A stretch of DNA of 63,897 nucleotides, filler included, from Rhizaria sp. SCN 62-66 (taxonomy: Eukaryota): assembly GCA_001724265.1 (NCBI GenBank). It is 3 parts of 3 records of this genome, joined end to end, with 100 filler letters (N's around TTAATTAATTAA, not from the genome) between each part and the next. Parts side by side here need not be neighbours in the genome. Positions count along the whole stretch, not along the records: positions 23,042 to 45,912 come from MEDY01000434.1; positions 46,013 to 63,897 come from MEDY01000479.1; 1 more part is not named here. One strand, 5' to 3'. Shown here in pieces: positions 35,887 through 47,295 of this stretch. Position 1 is the stretch's first letter; each line of letters opens with the position of its first letter. The position numbers and the translations under genes were made by a program. Below the pieces are notes generated by a model that searched no databases, was not told the DNA's origin, and was given only the letters and a program-made list of their open reading frames with translations.

Positions 35887-37471
35887 TTACTTGTCCTCGC
35901 CCTCGCCGGCCTCGGCGTCGCTGGTGAGGATGGCGTTGGCGGCCAGCGCAGCCGTGAGCTCCGCACTGAGCTTGGCCTCGAGCGCGGCCTTGGCGGCGAC
36001 GGCCTGCTCGCTCAGCTGGCCCTTGCCGGCTGCGGCGGCGGCAGCGGCCTCGGCGGCGGCATCCTGCTCGGCCTGCGCGCGCGCGGAGCGGGCCTGGAAT
36101 GCGGCGAGCGCGTGCTCAGTGGCCGCGGCCTCCTCCTTGACGGCGCGCGCCTCGGCATCGGCGCGCACCGAGTCGAAGTAGGGGTGCGCGAGCGCCTGTT
36201 TGGCCGTGAGGCGCTGCTGGTGGTCGAGCACAAGCACCTTGGACAGCAGGTCCAGCGCCTCGGGGCCCGCCAGCGCGCGGTTGGCGTCGGTCACGTACTT
36301 GGTCCACTTGCGCGGCGCCACCTCGGGGCCCAGCGCGGCGACCGCGGCCGCGGCGTCGGCGTCGACCTCGGCGCTGTACTTGGTCAGGTACGCCTTGTAC
36401 GCGTCCGTGCCGGCGAGCTTGACGATCTTGGCAAGCTGGTCGGCGTTGTCCTTGCCCTATTGTTGTTGTTGGAGTAAGAACAAAGTATAGCATAAAAGAG
36501 AGTATGATGAGCGTATATCCATATGTTAAGAAAAGAAAGCATGACATATGAACGAGGATGACACACTTGCACTGAATAATAACTTGAGGAGTCATAGCTC
36601 ATGGAGGTATCTGCAAGGTAGCGAATGAACTGCTTCGCTTGGGACGTACCTGCAGGAGGGGGTGGACGCGGAGGACCATCTCGGCCATGACACAGCCGAA
36701 GGACCAGAGGTCGAGCGAGTAGTCGTAGTCCTTCATACCAACGAGGAGCTCGGGACCCTTAAAGTAGCGCGACGCGACGCCGAGGTTGTACTCATGGCCG
36801 GGGTGGTAGAACTCGGCGAGCCCCCAGTCCACGAGCGACAGCACGCGGTTCTTCGGGTCAATCATCACGTTGTGCGGCTTGACGTCGCGGTGCATGACGC
36901 CGTTGCCGTGCGCGAAGTCAAGCGCGCGCAGCAGCTGGTACAGGTAGAAGCGGCAGTCGGTGTCGGTGAGCGTCGGGTACAGCGTCTTGAAGTCGACAGA
37001 GTCGGTGTGGTTCAGCACGAGGCACACCGTCTTGGAGACAGAGTCGCGGACAACGTCGCGCAGCTGCGCCACGTTGGCGCCGCCGCGGATGCGCTCCAGG
37101 ATCTTGATCTCGCGCTGGATCTTGAGCTTCTTGACGGGCTTGAGAACCTTGATGACGACGGCGTCGGATGAGGGCTCATGGACGCCCGCGAAGACCTCGG
37201 AGTACTTGCCGCGGCCAATCTTGCCCGTAACGGCGTAGTCGTCCATGGGCGACCAGAGCGGCTCGAAGCTCTCGTAGTCCCACATGCCGGCGTTGGCGGC
37301 CGTGTTGACGTCGGCGTAGACGCGCGACTGCGACGCGTTCTTGCTCGACGGGCGGGCGAAGAGCGCGCGCGCGGGGGCAGAGAGCACAGAAGCGGGAGAA
37401 GAGCGCAGCAGGGGGAAGGGCATGGGCGCGCCGCGGGCGGCCTGCACCAGCCGGTTGGCCGAGCGAAGCAT
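35887..37471 (-). CDS. Casein kinase II alpha-like catalytic subunit with an N-terminal presequence; exons 37471-36650, 36456-35887; 463 aa
   Basis: Motifs [57 protein letters not shown] and GKDNADQL...[13 protein letters not shown]. Phase-0 GTACGT...TAG intron; TAA stop. Confidence 0.93.
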
Positions 37472-38174
37472 CAGCCGGAACGGGAAAGGGAAAGGGGCCG
37501 AAGGCGAAGTGGTAGGAGTGGAGGCTTACGAGTACGCGGGAGGGTGCTAGCGAGGGCTCCCGGTTAACGTAGACCTAGAAAACAAGTGGGCATGATAGAA
37601 CACGAATGGGTTAAAAATGAGGCAATGGTTTGAAGCGCATCAGTGAGCGTTGCACATCTTGCACACGTTGCAACTGAAACAGGCTGGGTCCTGCGGGAAA
37701 TACCCTAACGGCCGCACTCGATAAGTCATACGCAGATGCATCGACTGCGAATAGCGATTTTCTCAGCATATCCACAAGCTACACGGTATGAACCATATCA
37801 TATTAAATAATCATAATCACACACAACCACCTTGACCTCCAGCAGCCCGCATGAACATGTCGCCACAGCCCACACCGAGCGGCTTTATTTCGGGGTGCGT
37901 AGCCCTTTTTAACGAACCGACCATCTGAACATACAACGCCCGCTCTGAGTCAAGAACAGGTCTGATGACATATCACAGTCGGCCCTGACCTACGAACTTC
38001 GTTCCAGAGAATGCTATAGTTAAATATCAACTAATTAAGTGAGATTTATCACTATATGTCGTTATTATTGACTTTAACGATCAATTAATGGCACTAGATG
38101 CGCTTGAAGCTCAAAACGGGCCGCTCACCACAAATTTTCCTCTTAGCACTCCCATACGCCCGTAGCCGGCTTAG

Positions 38175-39878
38175 ATGGAGGCTGCCGTCCGCGTCTCCGC
38201 TCTTCCTGACGAGGAGCGCTTTGTTGCTTTTAGCGCGCTTGCCGAGCAGTTCATCCTGGCCTCTGACGCGGCGTCGCTGCGCGCCCTCGCTACCCACTTG
38301 CTGACGGTGGAGATCAACAACTCCTTCTCGCGTAACTGCATCCTCAACGAGCTCATCGTCGACATCTGCAGCAAGGTCAAGGACTCGGACGAGAAACTCG
38401 ACGCAAACCTTGACCTGGAAGACGCCGTCGACTTTGCCCGCGCCGTCGCCGCCGCGCTGCACCCCTTAAACGCAGAGTTCCCCGAAGCTTTCTTCGCGGC
38501 GGCCGACTTGCTCTCGGCCGCGCTCCAGGGGCTCGAGCGCTGGCGCGACGCCGCTGACGCTAAGGCCGACTACGCCTTCCCCGTGGACACCTCTGTGCCG
38601 CCCATCGAGCGGCTGGAGTGGGCCCTGGACGCTGCTGGCTTCTACCTCAAGAGCGCCCCCGAGCCCACACTCCCTGCAACTGCAAACGCCAACTCGACCA
38701 CAAACTCATCTCAAGCGAGCTCTGTTTCGCCGGCCGCGCGCTCCGCGTCCACCCGCGCGGCATCCTCCGCGTTCTCGATTCTGGCCCAGCGCGCGACGCC
38801 GCTGCTGAGGACGGTCCACGCCGCGTCCGCTGCCGCCGCCGCCGCCGCCGCCAAAGCGCCAGTCAACACGCCCGCACACATCAAGGCCTCGGCCGCGGCG
38901 GCCGCACTCTCTGCTAAGTCCGTCGCCGCATAGCATCGGCTTGATCTCTACTTTGCGCAGGCTGCCGAGCGGCTGGAGCGCCCCGCCGACGCCGCAGACC
39001 GGTACTTGTCCGTGTTCTCGCGGCTCCAGGGTCCTCAGTCCGCGGCCGTGGGGCTCGGCGCTGCGACTGCCGCGGGCGCGCGCGCCGCGCTGGCTGCGGC
39101 CGCGGTCAACGCGCTCGCCACGCCCGTGGGGCCCCGGCGCGCGCGCGTGCTGGAGGCCGTTGTGCGCGCGCAGGGCTGGGAGAGTTTGCCAGCGTCTACC
39201 TTGCTCCTCCGCACCACCAATACCAGCGCTAGTACCGTCGCAAGCTCTAGCGCCAGCGCGGGCTTTGCGGGTGGGTTCATCACTGAGCGTGAGCTCACCG
39301 TGCTCGAGTTGACCCCCGGGCTGCCGCTGGGGCTCTGCTTCGCGTCTGCTAACAATAACAGCAGCAGCAGCAGCAGCAGTAACAGCAGTAGTTCTAGCGT
39401 CACCAGCGGCGACGACACCGCCGGTCTGCTGCGGCGCGCCTCTCGCGAACACAACGTGTGCGTCGCGGCGCAGCTGTTTACCACCGCGTCGCTCGCGCGC
39501 CTCGCCACCCACCTGCTCGGCCTCGGCGCGAGTGCGGTGAACGCGGGCAGCGGCGCTGCGAACAACGGCGGCGGAGCTAGCAGTGCTGCCGCGACCGCGA
39601 CGGCCGCGTTGATCGCGGACCTGGTCTCCCGCGGCGCCGTCTCCGCGCGCCTGGACGAGGCCGCTGGCTTCGTCCGTTTTCCCGTGCTGCCCCCCGCGGC
39701 CGCGGCGCCCGTCGCCGGCGCAGAAGGGCTCGAGAAGGGTTCTTCCTCCAGCGGCGCTGAGCAAAGCACCGCCATGCATGCTGAGAGGGTCAATGTCGTG
39801 CAGAAGTGGCGCGAGGGGCTCGGCGCGCTGTGCGAAGAGGTTGATGAGGTTCTGGCGCTTGCGCTTACCGCTGTGTGA
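38175..39878 (+). CDS. Divergent PCI-domain protein resembling COP9 signalosome subunit 4; one 567-codon frame with an internal TAG at 38931-38933
   Basis: The track ORFs 38175-38933 and 39006-39878 are in the same frame, separated only by one TAG. CSN4-like motifs: AADRYL, ATPVGPRRARVL, LRRASREHNVCVAAQLF, ALIADLVSRGAVSARLDEAAGFVRF, KWREGLGALCEEVDEV. TGA stop. Confidence 0.75.
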
Positions 39879-40206
39879 AGACGCAATTCGTCGCTCTAAC
39901 GATTTACCGATGATACCTAGAACATGTTGTCAGGGCCTGTTTGTAACATTGTCAAGCCAAACCAATACATTATTGAAATATTATTGAAATATATGTTCTT
40001 TTCACTCATCATGTCCCAGTTACAAGTGTTAATGCTGTGAATAATTGTAAATAAAGTGCTTATTAATGTATTCTGAGCAACTGCACGTGTTGCTTTGCAT
40101 GATTATGAGTGTCATGGCCCTACACTGTGACACCGCATGTGTTAACTGTTGACTAATGTTGTCGTTTCTCTTGTTGCTCGCAGGAACGTGCGTGTGTGAG
40201 TCACAC

Positions 40207-41342
40207 TCACACTGTCACGGGCTGGTCGAACCCCTCATCATCATACGAATGATGCTGCTGCTGCTGACCGTTGCCATTGTGCTGCTGCTGTAGTTGCTGC
40301 CGACTGCGACTGAGGCTTTGGTTGTTGTTGTGGTCGTCAACAAAGCCTTCGTTGTCGTAGCCATCGTTGTCATACGCAACAGCACCGTGGCCGTGATCGT
40401 TCTCATAGCCGTCATCGTCGTAGTTGTCATAACTGCTGTGCTGCTGCTGTTGCTGTTGCTGCTGCGGCTGCTGCTGACTCTGATGTTGCTGCGGCTGCTG
40501 TGTCACCCGCTTCTGAGGCGTCTGCTGCGGAGTGCGCCGCTGCTGCGGCGGCGCCTGCGACTATGGACGGCGCGCACTATCACTCTCACCGTGACTATTG
40601 CTGCCTCCGGCGCTAGCGTTGTTGCCGTTCTCCTGGTCCTGGAGCGCGGCCTGGAGAAACTGGATCTTTTTCTCCAGCGCAGCCTCCCTGTCGCGCAGCA
40701 GCGCCTCCTCCGCCTTGGCCTGCGCCGTCTTGACCGCGACCGCCTTCCGCTCGCGCTCCTTCTGTCGCATCACGCGCAACAGCTCCTGCTCGCGGCGCAT
40801 GACGTCGCCCAGCCCCGCGCCGACCAGCGCGCGGCCCGCGCGGCGCGTCTCGGCCCGCTCCACGCGCGCGCGCTCGTTCTCCTCGGCCGCCACCAGCGCC
40901 TCACGCGCGCGCCGCTGGCTCGCCTCGGTCTGCTCGCGCACGCGCCGCTGCGTCTCGGCTAACGCCTCCGCGCGCGCGCGCTCCGCCTCGGCCGTGCGCG
41001 CCGCCGTCACGTCCGCGCGCCGCTGCGCCACCTCCAGGTCGTGGGCCTCCTTGCGGCGGCGCGTCTCCTCACCGCGGCGCTCGGCGTCGTCGGCCTGGCG
41101 CCGCGCCGTGTCCGCGCGCTGCAACTCGCGCTCGGCGATGCGCTGGCTCGCGAGGTCGTCTTTGGCACGCACCTGCGTGTGCTTGAACAGGGCCAGCTTG
41201 GCCTCGAGCAGCAGGCGTCGCTGCAGGTGCTTCGGCCGGCCCTGAACGGTGTCGCGGCGCAGCCAGACCGAGTTCGGCTCGGGGGGCTGAACCTGGCTCA
41301 GCCGCTGGCTCTGGCTCAGCTGCTGCTGTGACTGAATGTTGT

Positions 41343-41375
<33 letters not shown>

Positions 41376-42542
41376 CCCCGTCAGCGCTGGCGTGGCTGCC
41401 GTCAGTGAACGCGTCGTCGTTGTAGTCACCGTTGTCCGCAGCCTCAGCGCTGTGAGGCTGCGACTGTTGTTGAGACTGATGCTGCGCGGGCTGGCGGCCA
41501 CTGCTGCCGCCGGTGTTGACCGTTGCAGCACGACTGCCACCGCGGCTGCTGCTGCTACCGCTGCCGTGGTTACCCGCCTTGTCGCTGCCGTTGCCGCTGC
41601 CGCTCGAGTCAGCGCCAGCAGTGATCGAAGCAGCCTTATCAAGCGGCGCGCGGTACAAGCGCTCCCAGGGGCCCTGGACCTGCCCTTGATGATTCTGACT
41701 CTGACTCTGGTTCTTGTTGCTAGTGTGTCGGGCGCTCTCACTGCCGTTGCGTCCAGAGCTGTAGCTGCGGCTGTAGCTGTAGCCGTACGCGCTGCTCGTC
41801 ACAGGTGCAGTGCGGCCGCCGCCGGACATCAGCTGCTGTTGTTGCTGCTGCAAGCTCCCCTGCTGCTGCGCCGCCGAGAGTGACTGCGCATGTTGTTGCT
41901 GCGGTTGCTGCGAATGCGGCGCGGGCTGCTGCGGCGGCATGGCGGCGAGCCCCCAGGCCTTGGTCGACGCGTACGGCGACTTGTACCCGGGCTGGTCGGG
42001 GCGCGTTGCGCGATACGGCGCCACGCACGCTGCCGCGGACGTGAAGGCCTTGGAGGCGTCGGAGCGCGGGGGCGCCTCGTGCTGTCTACGCTCTCGCTCG
42101 TGGTAGGCTGCGTACTCGTCATGGTGCAGCTGGCGGCGCGCGCGCACTTCCTCGTCCTCGCTGTCCTCGCCGTCGCCGTAGTAATCGCCGCGGTAGCAGT
42201 CAGCTTCACCGTTCTCGTGCTCGTGCTCGCCGTGGCCGTTGTTGCCGTGCGCGGCGCCAGCGGAAGCAGCGCCAGCAGCAGCGTCAGCATTGGTATTCTC
42301 AACATGCTGGGCCGTGGGCGAGCCCACCGCAGCCACCGAGTGATCCGCCGAGTGTTCGGGGGCCACGGCGGCGACCGACGCGCTCTTGTGCAGTTGCGCA
42401 CGGCTCTGACGCTGGCTCTGCGGCTGGCTGTAGGGCTCGTTAAGGTTGTGCAGTCGCGCCTGGCTCTGGTACTGGCTCGGTGACCGATCCGGATCGTCCC
42501 CGTACATGCTTTCGTTGTAGCTGTCGTCGCGGCTGTCGTAGC

Positions 42543-42583
<41 letters not shown>

Positions 42584-43606
42584 AGATGCTGCTTGTTGTT
42601 ACTGTTGCGGTCGACAGGACGGTCGTCGACGTCGCCGTGCAGGTTGGCGCAGGGGTCGTGGGGCTTTTGACCGCCGGTGTTCCGCCGCTGTTGCTGCTGC
42701 TGCGGGTCGCGGTCTCGGTCGCCGTTGCGGGACTTGGAAGAAGGTAAGCCGCCGGGGGCCGTGCTCGCGAACTGCTGCTCACGCTGCTGTTGTTGCTGTT
42801 GCTGTTGCTGACGAGACTTAAGCTTTTGACCACGCTGCTGTTGCTGCTGTTGTTGCTGCTGGGACTGGCGGTGTGCGGGCGGCAGCGACGACGGCACAGA
42901 GCCGTCGCCCTCATGCCCCTGCCCCTGCTCCTGTCCCTGTGGCTGACCCTGACCGTGCTCCTGACTGTGGCCCTGTTCGTGCTCGTGCTCGTCGCTGTGC
43001 CGCGACGAATGCGACTGCTGCTGAGACTGCGCCTGTGCCTTGTTCCCGCTGGACGACGCCGTGGCATTGCGCAGCACGCGCGCGTACACCTTGTTCACCG
43101 CGGGCAAGTCCTGCCGGAGCCCCTCAGCCTCCTCGAGCTCGCTCTTGTGGATCTCTGCCAGCGCCTGCGACCGCGCCAGCAGCAGCTGTCCCTTGCGCTC
43201 GCCCGCGTCGCGCCGGAGCGCCTCCCTGCGCAAGAACTCATCCTCGCGCGCGCGCCGCTGATCCTCCTCCTGCTCCTCGCGGGCCCGCCGCGCCGCAGCC
43301 TGGCGTCGCTCGCGCTCGCGCCGCTCCTGCTGGCTGCGCTCGGCTGTGAGCGCGCGCGCCTCGGCCACACTCGCGTCCCCGGCGCGCGCGCGGGCCTCGA
43401 CCTCGGCGCGGCGCGCCTCGCGGTCCTCGCTGTGCGCCTGCAGGTTCGCCGCGACGCGCTGCAGCAGCCGCTCGCGCGCGGGCGAGCCGGGGCGCGCGGG
43501 CGAGCAGTGCCCGTCGCCGTAGTGGCCGTCGTCGTCGTAGTCAGAGTACTCGTTGTTGCTGTGGTGGCTGCCGCCGGTGCTGTTAAACGACCGCTGCTGC
43601 TGCTGC

Positions 43607-43643
<37 letters not shown>

Positions 43644-45291
43644 GAGAGTGCCCTCCGTTATGGTAGCCGGTGCTGCGGGCGGAGAGAGCGCCGGAGCGCG
43701 CACGCGACTGCGGGGCACTGCTGAACCCACTCTGAGTCTGAGCCTGACTGTGCCCCTGCCCCTGCTGCCCCTGTTGCGGCTGCTGTTGCTGGTGGTTTTG
43801 CTGCACTTTGCGCATGCGCGCGCGCTCCTTGTCGACCTCTGCCCAGCGGCGGCGCACGAGCAACTCGCGGTCGTCGGCCAGCCGCGCCATGAGCGCGTCG
43901 ACCGTAGCCAGCGCTTCGGCGTGCGAACGCTGCCGCTGTCGGAGCGCCTCCGCGGCCGCGGCGTACTCGTCCTCCTCCTTGGCGAGCTGCTCGCTGTACA
44001 TCGACGCAACGGCCGCAGACTGCGCGGACAGGTCGTCACTGCGGGCCGCCACGGCGGCGTTGTGCGCCGCGATGGCGTCCTTCTCCTCCGCCAGCTTGGC
44101 CAGCTCGGCCGCGGCGACGGGGTGGGTGCTGTCGCCGCCGCAGCCGTTGCCGCTGCCGCCGGAGGGGCGGGACGCGGGGCGCCCGCGCGCGCTGGGTTTA
44201 TCTTTATCGCGACTGGGTTCTGGGTTGTTGCCGTTGGGCTTATTGCTGGTGTCGTCTTCGTAGTGTTCGTTAGCGTATTCGTCGTCGCCGTCAGCGGCGG
44301 CGTCGCCGCGACTGCCGTTGCTGGCCTCTGCGTTGATGCTCGACTGCGTGGCGCCCGCGTCCGCGCTGTTGTGCGCGCGAGTGCCGTTGTTGTTATCGTT
44401 AACAGCAGGCGAAGGGTGAGTGCGCGCCAACTGGGCTTGAACTTGCGACTGAGACTGAGAGCGTTGCTGTTGCCTCGCAGGTTGTTGCTGCTGTTGCTGC
44501 TGTTGCTGCTGCTGTTGCTGCTGTTGGGGTCGGGGCTGTTGTGGCGGCCGCGGCTTCTGCTGTTGCTGCTGCTGCTGCGGCTCTGACTGTTGTTGCTGGT
44601 TGCTGCCAGTCACAGACCGCTGCGCATGTCTCGGAGTCTGTTTGGGCGTCTGCGACGGAGACGCGTGCGGCGGCGGCGACTGAGCCCGCGACTGTGCCTG
44701 CAACCGCGCCTGCAACTGCGAGCCCTGCGGCGGGGGCGACGGGGACCGAGTGCGCGTGCTGCCAGCGGCGGTGGCGGCGGCGACGCGCGACGGCGACGGC
44801 GACCGCTGTTGCTTGTTAGAGCTCCGCGAGGGGGACACGGAGCGGTGGCCAACCTTGGGCGACGGAGACGGAGACCGGGAGCGCGACTGCGGCTCGGGGG
44901 ATCTCGACCCGCGCGCGGGCGCCGCTGGCGCAGCAGCAGCGTTGGACGCTGTAGCAGTGCGCGTGTTACCGGGCGTTCTCGTCGCGGACGCTGCTGCTGC
45001 CTCGCGCTCGCGCAGCAACATCTCGGGGCTCGACGCGCGCGTGGCGTGGCCGCTGGCGCTGTAGTCCATGTCTTCCGCACCGCCAGACTCGACCACGGTC
45101 TCCAGCACGGCGCGGCGCGGGTCGTGCCAGGCCTCGCGGTCGTCGCCCGCGGACGGCGCTCCCTCGGGGCTGCCGCTCTGGCCGGCGCGGTCGTCGGGGG
45201 AGCCGGCGTGGGCCTGGGACGGCGCGGAGGCGTCGGGACCGGCGTCGGGGGACGCGGGGTTACCCGCTGGAACGGAGGCAGAGCCACCCAT
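40207..45291 (-). CDS. About 1694-aa Gln-rich coiled-coil protein with a possible N-myristoylation motif; internal TAG at 40563-40561
   Basis: Starts MGGSAS (MGxxxS) and has three E/R/A-rich helical blocks. The frame continues 117 codons past the TAG with the same Q/H/D/Y composition (SQAPPQQRR...YDDDGYEND) to TGA at 40209-40207. Confidence 0.8.
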
Positions 45292-45749
45292 AAACGTAGA
45301 GAGACGGGCGGCCCAACTGTGGGGGGAAAAGCAAGCGGAGGAGCGAAGGTTTCACGCGTGGGATCGAGAACGCAAGAATCTTCGGAGTAGACAAGAAAAT
45401 AAAAAGTTTTAAGAATTATTGTGAGATGCACGAATACAAAACACCTCGACTTATCCGTAACTCCGTTCAAAACACATATCAACGTCTATTTACGCTCTAA
45501 AAATGAGTAACAAGTCACATGAACACCGTCCGTTTCTCACTGCTCTGCACACTGTGGCTCTGTCTGCTCCGGACCGACTCGCAGGTCAGGCTACGCCTTG
45601 ACGACGTTTATACAGTGCGCGCGGCGTAGTTTGACATTTTAGATGTTATAAAGAGTTGATTCATGTGTTGTATAAGTTAAGACTGATGTGTGGATAGATG
45701 AATGGCTGAAGCTTTGTATTCCCAGAACGACCTACATAATACGGGAAAT

Positions 45750-45912
45750 TTACTCGTCGTCGCCGGCGTTGCTGCGCTTCTTCTTGCCCTTGTCCTTCTG
45801 GGTGGCACGAAGAGTCTTGCGCTTGTTCTTGGTCTCCTTGCGGAGCTTGCGGGTGGTGGCACCAGCAGCCTCAGCAAGCTCCTGACGGACGAGACGGAAC
45901 TTGGGCTCGACG
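45750..45912 (-). CDS. RPS24: C-terminal fragment of 40S ribosomal protein eS24, truncated by the contig edge
   Basis: VEPKFRLVRQELAEAAGATTRKLRKETKNKRKTLRATQK...DDE* matches eS24 EPKxRLxR...RKQRKERKNR. TAA stop. Confidence 0.85.
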
Positions 45913-46012
45913 NNNNNNNNNNNNNNNNNNNNNNNNNNNNNNNNNNNNNNNNNNNNTTAATTAATTAANNNNNNNNNNNNNNNNNNNNNNNNNNNNNNNN
46001 NNNNNNNNNNNN
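45913..46012. other. Artificial contig spacer (44 N + TTAATTAATTAA + 44 N)
   Basis: Same structure as 22942-23041. Confidence 0.97.
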
Positions 46013-46113
46013 GGAAAACGAAGTGTGTATACACAAGAAACGCCACCTTTAAATCGCGACCGGCAAAAGCTGTCGACTGGAATTTTATGCAGAATGTCGA
46101 CGGTAACAGCAGC

Positions 46114-46971
46114 TCAAGCGACGACGCACTCGCAGGCGTTGCGGCTATGCCCCGCGGTCTCGACGGGCTCCTCGCGCAGCACGACGTGCATGACGATGCG
46201 CGGCGCGCCCATCGCGACGGCCCTGCTGACGGGCGGGAGGTCCTTAAGCAGCGTCTGCATGCCGTCGGGGACGCTCGGGTCCACCAGGCGCGCGCCCAGC
46301 AGCAACACCTGCAGACAGCCGGGCCCGCGGCCGTCGAGCGCCACGGGAGGCTCGGCGGCGGCGAAGGGCCAGTCCGCGTGGAGCCGCGCGACGAGGTCGC
46401 CCACGGTCGCCGTCTCGAGAGGGAAGTCGGCCTCGTGCCGCAGGCGTTCGTAGTAGGGGAACAGGAAGTGGCAGTGCAGCAGCGCCGCGGGCGAGGCAGT
46501 CTCGGTCTCGTTCTCGGCAGAAGCAGCAGACGCAGACGCAGACGCGGTCGCATCAGCCGTATCAGATCCAGCAGTGATGTCGGCGGCAGGCGGGGCGGCC
46601 GCGGGGGCGGCGGCGGGGACAAGTGCGGGCGAGCCCTCGGTGCCGAGGGCGGGCGACAAAGCCGCAGAGGTTGCAGGAGCAGCAGCAGCAGCAGCGGCAG
46701 TGGCAGCACTTGCCTTGGCTCCGGAGGAGTTGGCGTCGGAGTAGTCAGCCACGACCGCGATCGCAGCTTTGGCTGTTGCAGCGGCGGCCGCGGCGACTGT
46801 CGCAGGGTCGGCGTCGGTGGAAAAGGCGGCGGAGTACGCGCCCGTGGACTTGGCGCCGGCGTGCGCAGCAGCAGTCGCTGCAGTCGCAGCATTCGCAGCA
46901 TCGGTCGAAGGCGAAATGGAAGTCAAAGGAGACTCTGCCGCGGCGGGCGGGGCGGCTGCGGGTTGAGACAT
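46114..46971 (-). CDS. Membrane-anchored ubiquitin-fold (MUB/UBL3-like) protein with a long Ala-rich N-terminal extension; 285 aa
   Basis: TATVGDLVARLHADWP...LLGARL...VMHVVLR followed by a C-terminal CECVVA (CaaX plus upstream Cys). First ATG is at 46971; TGA stop. Confidence 0.75.
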   Translation of the reverse strand: MSQPAAAPPAAAESPLTSISPSTDAANAATAATAAAHAGAKSTGAYSAAFSTDADPATVAAAAAATAKAAIAVVADYSDANSSGAKASAATAAAAAAAPATSAALSPALGTEGSPALVPAAAPAAAPPAADITAGSDTADATASASASAASAENETETASPAALLHCHFLFPYYERLRHEADFPLETATVGDLVARLHADWPFAAAEPPVALDGRGPGCLQVLLLGARLVDPSVPDGMQTLLKDLPPVSRAVAMGAPRIVMHVVLREEPVETAGHSRNACECVVA

Positions 46972-47295
46972 TGTGGGACGGGACAGCAAAGGCGCGATGC
47001 AAGTGGCTGGGACAAGGGACAATGCGGTGGCTGAGACGTTGGTGCGGCTGCTGTAGCGATGGGACGGGCAGTGACGAAGGCGGAGACGAGGAGCGAATAT
47101 CTGGTGAGCGATGACGACGATGTGGTGGGGTTCAAGAAAGATGATATAAGACGTGCATTTGTCCGTCAGCGCAAGAACCATTTCCGTTAAATACTGTAAT
47201 TACTATTTTGTGTATCATATTAAAATATTTCAAGCTTAAAACCTCTCCTCAACTCTTGTTGGCTGAATTCCTTTACCGCACCACAGAGTCTCTCG

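Noticed and set aside
37960-37990. Possible C/D box snoRNA (TGATGA...CTGA)
   Set aside because: The boxes are too close together and I recognise no guide sequence.
38931-38933. Pyrrolysine or programmed leaky readthrough as the explanation for the TAGs
   Set aside because: Pyrrolysine is not known in eukaryotes and these are not methyltransferases. The three 3' contexts (CAT, TCG, ACG) share no readthrough motif, and readthrough would not explain the absence of TAG terminators.
38922-38960. 39-nt GT...CAG intron that would remove the TAG in frame
   Set aside because: The donor GTCGCC and the length do not fit the 14 other introns (GT(A/T)CG, 120-285 nt), and the segment aligns with a CSN4 helix. 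Not formally excluded without RNA-seq.
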